Below are positions 31,702 to 41,591 of a stretch of 64,000 nucleotides of DNA, piece by piece. Under the pieces are notes generated by a model. The model was not told the DNA's origin. It did not search any database and saw nothing but the letters and a program-made list of their open reading frames with translations. The DNA is from Tortispora ganteri (lineage: Eukaryota). Where the stretch lies: the NCBI GenBank assembly GCA_003707115.1, contig PPNB01000009.1:248001-312000 (forward strand). Direction: 5' to 3'. The position numbers and the translations under genes are program-made. The stretch's first letter is position 1, and every line of letters starts with the position of its first letter.

Positions 31702-32420
31702 TCGCGATACCTTGCAGACAAGCCTATGACGAAAACGTACAAACTGAGATCATGAATGAATGTACGTCCATAATGTAAATACCTTGCAGCAATATCCAAA
31801 TATGTTGAAAATGGCGGTGGTAGCAATCCACTAATTGTAGCTAATGTTGATGTAGAAGGTGGCCTGCCTCTTTCAGCGATAAATCTTGCAAGTTGCAGTC
31901 CGACTTCGGCAGTGACAAAAAGCAGCCAAGCTGATTCTGAGCAAACTATAACACTATAGATCGATACTGTAAGAATTGTGAATATGTGTAGATATTTCCA
32001 TGTGTCTGTGGGTTGTAGTGCGGTAGCCATTTTTGCATTTTGATTATGCTGATCCTGTGCACTGGAAGAGTTCTTCATGCTAGTAAGTATCGAGGTTAAT
32101 GGGCTGTCTTGCGGCAATGAGTTGAATAAATCCTCAAATGGGTCGTTTCCTGTACCTGATAATATGGTATTGAGAGGGTTTTGGTCTAGTTGTTGCTCAG
32201 AAAGATGGTGATATTGAGGCTGTTCATTGATAGATGGAGATCGCTTAGGTAAATCTTCGATTGGAACTTGCGTCTGCGACTGTTCAGATGACTCAATTTT
32301 AGGTCCACCAGAATTCAATTGAGTAATCCTTTCAAGTCTAGAAGCGCCTTCTTTCTTTAATTTAGCTTGTCTTCTTTCACGACGCAATCTGGCGGCTTTT
32401 TCTACTTCGTTTTCTGTCAT
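31692..32420 (-). CDS. GET2: GET complex subunit Get2
   Basis: N-terminal ARLRRERRQAKL...ASRLERIT motif and C-terminal TM segments. Confidence 0.88.
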   Translation of the reverse strand: MTENEVEKAARLRRERRQAKLKKEGASRLERITQLNSGGPKIESSEQSQTQVPIEDLPKRSPSINEQPQYHHLSEQQLDQNPLNTILSGTGNDPFEDLFNSLPQDSPLTSILTSMKNSSSAQDQHNQNAKMATALQPTDTWKYLHIFTILTVSIYSVIVCSESAWLLFVTAEVGLQLARFIAERGRPPSTSTLATISGLLPPPFSTYLDIAARYLHYGRTFIHDLSLYVFVIGLSARYRDHL

Positions 32421-32552
32421 TATCGATTAAGTAGTTTTTTTGGTCAAAATAATAGCGTTTGTCACTTTCTGAGAAAAGAGACCAAACTCTCCCAGTAAAC
32501 CCCGATAGGATGCAATTTAGCCCTGTCTTACACGGGTTCAATTACATAAAAT

Positions 32553-33557
32553 ATGTCTATACTTACATTAGGACAATCAGATGTAGGTCATTGTGGATAT
32601 TGTAATAAAAATTCAAGTGCTATTTTTGGCTTGATTGCTAAAAATCTATTGAATGATGATTACAAGACGCTAATGGATGGCGGTTTTCGAAGATCTGGGA
32701 ACTTTCTCTACAAGCCTCATATGAATCAAACTTGCTGTCCTCAATTCACTATAAGAGCCAATGTTAGAGATTTAAAACCAACTAAAGACTATCGCAAAGC
32801 ATTAAACAGATTATGTCGGTTCGCAGATGTTGAACTGCCTGTTTCGAAAGAGTATGACTATCATAGGACCGTCGATACTCTATTGAAAAACTCAAAATTA
32901 ACAATTACCTTAGAATCATCTAGTTTCACTGATGAAAAGTTCAGATTATATGCACTTTATGAGCAAGAAATTCATTCTCGAGATAAAGCAGAACTGAGAC
33001 GAGAATCGTTTAAAAGATTCCTTTGTGATACCCCATTCTCTGTACCAACTTGCTACCACCATGTCTATCGATTAGACGGCAGATTAATAGCCGTTTCTAT
33101 TCTTGATATTTTACCTAATGCTTTATCGGCTGTATATTTTTTTTGGCATCCTGAAATGCGAAAACTAGAGCTTGGTAAAGTATCCACGTTGATAGAGTCA
33201 CATTTGGCATCCGACATGGGATTCACATACTACTATCTGGGTTATTACATACCAACATGTCCTAAAATGCAATACAAAGCTCAGATAAGACCTTGTGAGT
33301 TATTAGATCCATCTACGAACGAATACAAGGCATTCGAAAACGTCGATCTAAATCCCCCATTCGACATAAAGGATGATCCCGACGTTTACGATGATCTTCT
33401 TGTACATGGCATTCGGATCAGAATTTTTGATACAGAAATGGTATATCCTGATGTCCCTGAATTCATTTCATCTCTTTTAGGCAATCAAATTAGAGAAACT
33501 GCCTTAGCTGTGGGGCCTGAAATAGCCAAAACTGCTGTATTCGAAGTTCCAATGTGA
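32553..33557 (+). CDS. ATE1: Arginyl-tRNA--protein transferase (compact, 334 aa)
   Basis: HCGYC, GFRRSGNFLYKP...TCCP.FTIR, YRLDGRLIAVSILDILP and YYYLGYYIPTCPKMQYK. Confidence 0.95.
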   Translation: MSILTLGQSDVGHCGYCNKNSSAIFGLIAKNLLNDDYKTLMDGGFRRSGNFLYKPHMNQTCCPQFTIRANVRDLKPTKDYRKALNRLCRFADVELPVSKEYDYHRTVDTLLKNSKLTITLESSSFTDEKFRLYALYEQEIHSRDKAELRRESFKRFLCDTPFSVPTCYHHVYRLDGRLIAVSILDILPNALSAVYFFWHPEMRKLELGKVSTLIESHLASDMGFTYYYLGYYIPTCPKMQYKAQIRPCELLDPSTNEYKAFENVDLNPPFDIKDDPDVYDDLLVHGIRIRIFDTEMVYPDVPEFISSLLGNQIRETALAVGPEIAKTAVFEVPM

Positions 33558-33651
33558 GAGAAAGTGCTCCCCCCGAAAGGGGTTGCTAGAAAACCTTAAT
33601 ATGTTACCTCCAAACTACCACATATCGACTTTTCACTAAGTACCAAACACA

Positions 33652-34536
33652 ATGGACAATCCACAAGTAACAATCCGGGAACTAACTCGAGAGAATGTCG
33701 ATTTAATTCTCTCAAATGCGGAACTGGGTTTTACTAATGCCATAAGAAGAGCTGCTTTAGCTGAAATTCCTACAGTTGCGATTGACTTAGTCGAAATTGA
33801 AATAAATACTTCTGTTTTGGCTGACGAATTTTTATCCCATCGTCTAGGTCTCATACCATTAGATTCTACTAACGCTGATGAAAATCTTTTATATACTAGA
33901 GACTGTGATTGTGAAGAATACTGTTCAAGATGTTCGGTAATCCTCACTCTCGATGCAAAATGCACCTCTGATCAAACTCTCGCCGTGTATGCGCGCGACC
34001 TTGTTCTTCAAGATGGTGCCCGTATAGGCGCACCTGTGACTAATGATCCTTTAGAAAAAGGATCTCTGATATGTAAATTAAGGCAAAATCAGCAACTGCG
34101 TCTAAAATGCATTGCGAAGAAAGGTATTGCCAAGGAGCACGCGAAATGGGCCCCAGTAAGTGCAGTTGAATTTGAATATGACCCGTGGAATAAACTCCGC
34201 CATACCTCTTTCTGGTATGAAGAAGACGCTGCGGCCGAATGGCCCAAATCAAAGAACTCTGACTGGGAAGACCCGCCTGCTATTGATCCTGTTTCTGGTA
34301 AGGAAGTATTTGACCCGGATGCCCGCCCAAATACTTTTTATATGAATTTTGAAGCAGTAGGTCAAATACCACCCACGGATATCGTTGTTCAAAGTATAAA
34401 AGTTCTTCAAGAAAAGGTTGCTACAATTGTTCAGGCACTACAAGAAGAATCTGCTCCACATGCTAATAATGATGCGCATTATGGCAATGGTTATGCTGAG
34501 AATGTGAGTGCACCTTACAGCAATGGTTGGTCTTAG
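33652..34536 (+). CDS. RPB3: RNA polymerase II subunit Rpb3
   Basis: NAIRRAALAEIPTVAID, NTSVLADEFLSHRLGLIPL, CDCEEYCSRC and KKGIAKEHAKW. Confidence 0.97.
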   Translation: MDNPQVTIRELTRENVDLILSNAELGFTNAIRRAALAEIPTVAIDLVEIEINTSVLADEFLSHRLGLIPLDSTNADENLLYTRDCDCEEYCSRCSVILTLDAKCTSDQTLAVYARDLVLQDGARIGAPVTNDPLEKGSLICKLRQNQQLRLKCIAKKGIAKEHAKWAPVSAVEFEYDPWNKLRHTSFWYEEDAAAEWPKSKNSDWEDPPAIDPVSGKEVFDPDARPNTFYMNFEAVGQIPPTDIVVQSIKVLQEKVATIVQALQEESAPHANNDAHYGNGYAENVSAPYSNGWS

Positions 34537-34768
34537 GTTACGGAATTAAAGTGATAAAACAGAATGAAGTTAAGAAAAGGTTGTAACTTTTTGCCTTGCT
34601 TCAAATGATTTATATCATTTTGACTAACTTTTGCTATTGCAAATTGAAGCCGGATCGGTCAAGGTCGTCGCTATGAATAACGAACGAGAGTCGCGCCTAT
34701 AAAAGGAGGCGATATATACTACATTATGAGTATTAGTTGAAATTTTTATGTCTATAGTTTATGCTTAA

Positions 34769-35771
34769 CTACATGCCCAATTTCCATTTCCGTAATTGTT
34801 CTAAGGCAACAAATGTGACAATAGTTTGAGGTCCCAGACGTACAAACGCTGGAAGCCATCCTCGGAACATGAACCTTGGGCCCTCTTGCTGTACCATATT
34901 TATCAATAAAGAGAACGCGTTGATGTTTCCATGAGCACCTTTGTGAGCATTCATCACTCGTGTCTTAACGACATCAACAGGAGAACATACTGTTGTCGCA
35001 ACGAGACCTGCTAATAGACTGCAACCAAAATGAGTTGAATAAGACTTCGGATCAGCATTTAGATACGTCACTGCTAATTTTTTGCTTTCATCATATGACA
35101 CTACCTGTGATGCAGTCATAAGAACGGCCCTCATTGAGTTAGGCCAGACCCCACGATATAACGAACCTACTCCTTCTTCCTTTATCATTCGAGATAAGGC
35201 ATCAATTACATTTTTGTAGTTTCTTCGTTTTTCGACAGGAAGCGATTTGTCATTCTGCATCCTGACGTTCACTATATCAGCTGGATTTCCAACGATCCCA
35301 CCTAAATAACCAGAAAACATAGAGATCGGCAGTAAAACTTTCACCGGAGGAGTTTTACCACTCGGGTCGGTTAGTTTGTCTTTCAGGTGTTCATACGCTG
35401 CAAATCTTGTAGTAGAATATGTAGCCTGTCTCAATAAACTTGCTTGCAATCCACTATAAATAGCAAAAAACCCCTCATGCTTGACAACGTTCAAGAGGGT
35501 GGATATCATTGAACTACCCGGTATATGTGCAGTTTGCATCCTGACTTTGGCTAGATCTAAAGGGTGCGTTACAGCTGCTGCTATCATGCTTGCAACTCCT
35601 ATTTCATCAGTTAGTATTATACCGCTATAAAGCGTTAATAATATAAGTAATTCTTACCTCCATACCAGAATCTAATAATTTTCATAAGGTTAGTAATTAT
35701 CGATCGTAATATTTTATTTCTGTATTCTAATGAAATACTTACGGGTAATGCAATTTTTTATCGGCGGTCAT
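34769..35771 (-). CDS. DIC1: Mitochondrial dicarboxylate carrier; join(35743..35771, 35658..35671, 34769..35598), 290 aa
   Basis: Splicing gives the conserved N-terminus MTADKKLHYPFWYGGVASMIAAAVTHPLDLAKVRMQ. Three carrier repeats and RQATYSTTRF are present. Confidence 0.95.
35599..35657 (-). other. DIC1 intron 2 (59 nt; GTAAGA...TACTAAC-8 nt-TAG)
   Basis: Branch point at 35610-35616. Splicing restores the frame. Confidence 0.9.
35672..35742 (-). other. DIC1 intron 1 (71 nt; GTAAGT...TACTAAC-14 nt-TAG)
   Basis: Branch point at 35689-35695. Splicing restores the frame. Confidence 0.9.
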
Positions 35772-36263
35772 TTTTTATTGCTTATATCTTCTATATAATT
35801 TTCCACTATTTTTGTACTATTCTTAACTCTCAATGAGAATTAAGAACTGATATAAAACTAGAAGCCGATGTGATGAGCAAGCATCTGAACTTCCCAAGTC
35901 TCACAATCGACTATGAATCATCGCGGATTGGACATTTACCTCATACGGATTTAAAGTTTCCTTGGCTAAACGCTAAAGTACGTGTATATGAATTGCAAAC
36001 ATCAAAATAGAAACGATTTTTTCTCCATATAATTACCATTCTTATAATGAAATTTTATTACAATATACAAAAAAAAACAAATTAAACAAAAGTACAACAT
36101 AAAAATATCAACATTATTGCAAACGTGCACTTATCGTTAGAAAATTAGACAATCTTCTAAGAAAGTAAACACCAATCACTGATAATTGGCTGAGGCCATA
36201 TATATATATCACATATCTAAAAAATTCATCTATAAATAATTCACGCATTTCAGACATCAAAAT

Positions 36264-37787
36264 TTAAGCGAGCAGTGAGCTTATATTCATCTTTGTACCC
36301 CCACGAACACCATGGCGCGTCTTACGACCCGTTTTGGCATCGTTCTGGGGCTGTTTTAGATGTTGTTCATCAACATCTCCATTAGACAAGTCGTGGCTCT
36401 TCGCTTCATCGTTTTCTTCGTTATTTAACGACTGTTCAATTTCAGTACTTTTAATTTGACCATCGTCACTGTCTACAGGAGTCTCGCGTGCATCAGCGTA
36501 CTCCTTAGTGGAATCAGGACTTTTAGATGGCTCGCTGCTTATAGCTGCTGGTTGCGGTTGAGCTGTCTGCTGTGCTTGCTGTTGCTGCTGCGCAATCGGC
36601 AGTGCATTTACAGGCATGCTAGTCATACTTGGTCCTGCTGCACCATAGCCGTTATAACCCTGAGGAATCATTACAAGGCCGTTAAATCCAGGTTGGCCAA
36701 CCATCGTAGATCCTGGAGCCATGTGCTGGCCACCCGCTATAACGTAACCGGCAGGTATCATACCAGGGTAAGGAGATGCCCACTGGTAGCCTTCAGGAGG
36801 ATATGGGTATCCACTTTGGTGAGGATTTCCAGGCTGCCCTATAAACTGTGGTATGAAATTGCTGCTACCGGCTCCGTTACCGTCAGCACCACTGTTGTGA
36901 CTGACATTATTGTTGTTACCATGGTTCGGTATTGTATGATTGGGATTTCCACCTTGTTGCGGGCTTGTGCTTTTATTCTCATTCGCTGACTCAGGTCTAC
37001 CGTCCTCCGCGTTTCGTCCATTATTAGGTGTGTGAATAGGCTGCATCAGAGGCATTGTAGCTGGAATATATTGTGGAGTTTGACCCGAAGCAGTAGGAAC
37101 TAATTGCATAGGAAAACGGGGGTTAAGATTTGCAGGAAGATGGGCATTTTGCATAGGGTTTGTCGGCTGTAGTATACTGCTCTCAGGATCATAAACAGGC
37201 TGTTGTCCATTCATTAAGTTCAGCGCATTGGCTTCACGGAAGGCTCGACGTCGCCTATTTACGCCAGAATTCCACCATGATTTTATAGAGTTTTCAGATC
37301 GTCCAGTACCAAGATGACGAGTGATAAGAGCCCAACGCCTTCCAACTTTGCTTACAAGCTCTTCTATTATCTGGCCCTCTTGCTTAGTAATTGGAGTGCG
37401 ATTAAGAGAGGGTTTTAGATTCTGATTATATCTTTCTCTGCATTGCTTAGGACTCCTTGTTTTCAATAATTGAGCAGCTTTAACCCATTGTCTGGGGCCA
37501 TTCCGTTCGATATATTCTATTAAGAGCTGATCTTCTTGGTGAGTCCACGGGCGTCGGTAAGTATGGGACTCCACTGGCGAGCCTAGATCCGAAGTCATGG
37601 GTAATGATGTCATGGAGGAAGAGGAAGATACAACTACCGGAATCGATGACTGTTGCAAATTTTCGTCCTGTGCGTTATTAGTAGAAGATGCGGAGTCAGA
37701 TTGAGTGGCTGCAGGTGCGCCTTGAGAGGGCGGCACAGGGCCGGCAGAGTAGTCAGTAGAATTAGGCTGGTTTTCGGATATTGCCAT
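36264..37787 (-). CDS. Two-repeat Myb transcription factor, FlbD/Rca-1-like
   Basis: RRPWTHQED...GPRQW...RSPKQCRERYNQNLKPSLNR...GRRWALI...GRSENSIKSWWN, a Q/N/P/G-rich disordered region, and C-terminal MNISSLLA. Confidence 0.88.
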   Translation of the reverse strand: MAISENQPNSTDYSAGPVPPSQGAPAATQSDSASSTNNAQDENLQQSSIPVVVSSSSSMTSLPMTSDLGSPVESHTYRRPWTHQEDQLLIEYIERNGPRQWVKAAQLLKTRSPKQCRERYNQNLKPSLNRTPITKQEGQIIEELVSKVGRRWALITRHLGTGRSENSIKSWWNSGVNRRRRAFREANALNLMNGQQPVYDPESSILQPTNPMQNAHLPANLNPRFPMQLVPTASGQTPQYIPATMPLMQPIHTPNNGRNAEDGRPESANENKSTSPQQGGNPNHTIPNHGNNNNVSHNSGADGNGAGSSNFIPQFIGQPGNPHQSGYPYPPEGYQWASPYPGMIPAGYVIAGGQHMAPGSTMVGQPGFNGLVMIPQGYNGYGAAGPSMTSMPVNALPIAQQQQQAQQTAQPQPAAISSEPSKSPDSTKEYADARETPVDSDDGQIKSTEIEQSLNNEENDEAKSHDLSNGDVDEQHLKQPQNDAKTGRKTRHGVRGGTKMNISSLLA

Positions 37788-40700
37788 TTAGAAAGCGCAG
37801 ACAATAATCGTATACGAGTACTAAAGACGCTTTATATTCTTTTATTCATACACAAAGGCGTGCAGTTAATGAAAATAAAGAGTCAATATAGCAATAGAAA
37901 GAGCTTGCGGTGTGATAACTGAAAACAAAACAAACGTCGTGTTCCGATTGTAGAGAAGTAGAAGCAGGTGATTAAATGGAAAATATATATATATAAATGA
38001 GATTTTAGAAAAAATGCAGAAGCCTCAGATATTGCAATAATTTGAACTCGACAGCGCGCAGATTTTAGTGACGGCTAAGAGTGGGGTAGGGGATAGGTTG
38101 AAGTGGTCAAGGTCGAAATGTACGAATCAGAGTTTTTCGTAAGTCCAAAAATAAAAGAGTTGTGAAAGTAAAACCTGGCACAAAAACAAAAAGAACAAAA
38201 ATATTCAATAGAGCGGATGCCGTTTAAGTACAAGCCGTTAATAATAATATAAGTCAAGATAATAACTCTTTATGAACCAGATTGTGTTTGTTATGGCTAG
38301 ACTTAAGTAAGAAGCGGTCAAGTCTGAACCTTTCTTTTAGCAGGTATGAATCGTTAGGAAGCGGAGAAAAGAAGTCGAAGTAGTCGAAGAAGTTTAGCTG
38401 TGAAGATAAACTGGCTATTTGCTGAGAATTATAACCAAATGAGTCACAAAGACAATTCAAAAGATAGTAAGGAGTAAGAGAAATAGAGGTGTAGATATTA
38501 TAGCAGATTATATTTAAACTAAAGGAGCTCTACTACGGAAACGCTAATAAAAAGACTCGGTACGGTTCGAAATAGAAGGAATTAAGTTTTCAGCTATCAG
38601 CAAAATTCTCAATCTTAATCTAAAAAATCGCAAAGGTTTAATGTTAATAAAAATAAGACTGCCTTGTATAGGTTTGCTATTAAGTCCAAGCCTACAAAAT
38701 AGGAAAAAAACGGAAAATTTTAAGCACAAAGGCAGTTTGAAATAACGTTTTATGAGAGATCGGAAAATTCCACGCGACACACCGTAGCGTTTATAGACAC
38801 TCAATGTGACAGTTATGATGTTGCAGGTGGAGAACAAACAGTGGGTTCCGTAACTTTCCGGATTGACTGCTACAACCACTATAACGAGAAGAAATCATTA
38901 TATTCTCAATCGATATATTTTATTTGTAATAATAGAACAAAATTTATAGCCTAATACGTTTTATAGCTTGCAAATTAGTGCTGAAAATATATCGCGCCTA
39001 TCTGGTCGTTAGGGACTGGCTTGGTTTGACTTTACGACTATCATCAGCGCAAAAGTAAACCTGTTGCTAAATGGCAACTAACTAACTGGCGAGGCTAAAA
39101 AATTTTTAGCGTTTAGCGAATGAATTGAATATAAAGTCTGTAACCTAACAAGATATAAACTCCTTCCAAAATAAAAGCTTATATGCGTTCTTTCTTGCAT
39201 TGCATTTGCTTGTCTTCTTCCGAGGTTGTTTGTTGTTCTCTTTCTTCGATGAGTCAAATTCGAAGAATAAGAACGCTCAAGATAAAAATAGTTAAATTAT
39301 ATGTTTTAACCCAATGACTGACCCAACCAATATCTAACTTAACTTAACATTTGTTAGTTATGTCGGTTATACAGAAGGACCTATTGTGCATGCAATCAAT
39401 CTGTTCATCGGATTGTGAATCGGCCTTTACACTCTTCCACTCCTTTTTTCAAAGTTGTGGTAGAAGTTTTGTGCAACTATATAAGCCGTTCAATAATGCA
39501 GATGTTTACAATTATAGTTTAAAGAATCTTCTTTATAATATACATAGTTTTCTTACTTGGCAGATTATTCTCCACTGTTCACCTTAGTACGCATTCAATT
39601 AAGTTTGTTCAATAGTAACTTATAGGCCTTAATCCAGGTTTATGTCCTTCTATGAAAAGCATCGACTCACATGGTATAATTTACTCTGCAAACTTTCACG
39701 CCACAAAATGCTATTGCCATTTTAAGTTCGCAGATCGATATGTAAATGCACTGGAATAAGTAAAGTGGCATGTACTGCAGTATGTTTCTATAATTAGCTA
39801 ACGTTAAATTCCTATTTGCGGTTGTATCCTTTCTATTCTGCTTGATCGTGCAAGCTTCAAAGTTCAAGGAGAATAACATTGTAAGTTACAATTTGTTCTT
39901 ATTTATATTAAAGATCGAACAATCGAATGATTTTTGTAGCCCTTGCTCACTCAATAGCATCGGTATCACTTTATAACGCTACTACCATAGTTGTTATCAT
40001 GGTCATAGGGCAAAAATTACTCTCAGGACGAGCGTAGGATCCGTTTTATAATCATTAAAACTACGTTAACTCAATTAAATTGGTTTAATTGGTTCTGCGA
40101 TTGAATCTAAACTTTCTTTAGAGTATAAGGCTTAAAATAGCTATGGGGGGGTCTTTCTTCAAACTCATTTTCTTCTTAAAGCCTAATAAGAGTTAATCCG
40201 CGATATCGGGTCCAACGTCGAACACATACACATTTTCTTCGCCACATTATATCGACCATGTAACTTGCAGAGAGTGGGCATTCATTAGGTAATATAAGTT
40301 ACCGCCCAACGCCAATAGCAAAACAAGCATAAAATATTATGCGTGATATAGTGTATTATTATAAACTCTAACAGCTTATAGAGTGTTGTGTCGAATTTTC
40401 TACACTTTGAAGCCGACCGTTCCGTATAAGATATTCCTACAAGAGTTAACACTCGGCCAAATTCTCTTTATATGAAAGAAACTCAAAAATGAAGCTAAGG
40501 TTAATTCGCATATCCGCATTACCATAGGTAATTAACTGCTTCTATTGATAGAAACTCATAGCATTATTTCTAACTAATTTTAGTTGCACTCTAATACTAA
40601 GCAGTTTTGCTTGATCGATCTCTAATAGCTAACATCATTGTACTACATATAATGCGATCTTAGAGTCAATACAATATTGGCTTATACAATCTTATCGCTC

Positions 40701-41591
40701 CTTTCTGATGCGACACAGTGTTTAAATGTAATAATGCAGTTTTTTTGCCCGCTACTTGACCGCTATCCTCTAGATTCATTGCTAAAACTCAATGATATCA
40801 CGAAATTCTTCAAACACGATTTCAGTTTACTTCTACATCTCTACAATCTTTTACGAACAGATCATCGAGGTTAAACGCACACAATTCTATATTATACCAT
40901 TGAAAATTCAACAACCAATATTTTTGTTCTCATTCCGAATTGTTTCGTTAACTGCCTTATTTTTCTAAGTTTGACAAAGTTGTAGACTAATTAACCCTAA
41001 AATGAAATTAAAATTCAACTCTGTATACTTGGCCGTTAACTGTAACTCAACTTCATCTAAATTGTGTATCGACATTCTATGACTGATAACATCGTATAAT
41101 GCGCCCCAAATATCTATTTTAGTTTATTAATTTATACAAAAATGTTTATACATAAACGAATTTCTATTATGCGGAAATTTAAATTATTATTTGTTACATG
41201 TTTCTGTCTTTAGACGTTATTCCATTACCAAAAACGGCCCTGTCAAAATGACACAGCTTATCGGTAAACAGTTCCAGATCGCAACTCCTTGTAAACTCTT
41301 TTTGAACTTTAAATATCTTTACCAATATAGCACAAAATGAGATAGACGCATTGCAGTATATTCTGTTCTATTTTGATATAATAAATTTTTGTTGATCTTT
41401 ACATTTCCTTTTTTTTATATTTCGAGTAAACTCTCAGTGAAAGCTTCTAATTTTATTACTTGCTACTGATTTACGTTCGCACAATCATTAATTTCTACTA
41501 TTCATTAAAAGGAAAGAAATTATGAATACCATGCTATAACAGCTTAACTATAAAACTAAGTTACATTTTATACATGAAATCCTTTTTTTTT

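Noticed and set aside
33571..33582. CCCC-GAAA-GGGG tetraloop hairpin just after the ATE1 stop
   Set aside because: The stem is only 4 bp with no other support, and bacterial-style terminators do not apply here.
35869..35895. GTGATGA...CTGA resembling snoRNA C and D boxes upstream of DIC1 (similar case near 18857-18871)
   Set aside because: The boxes are under 10 nt apart, and there is no distal D box, terminal stem or recognisable rRNA guide.
38075..40874. Short ORFs in the gene desert (38254-38460, 38544-38879, 39351-39587, 39667-39879, 40677-40874)
   Set aside because: They have the F/L/I/Y-rich composition typical of random AT-rich DNA, with no domains and no transposase, RT or LTR signature.
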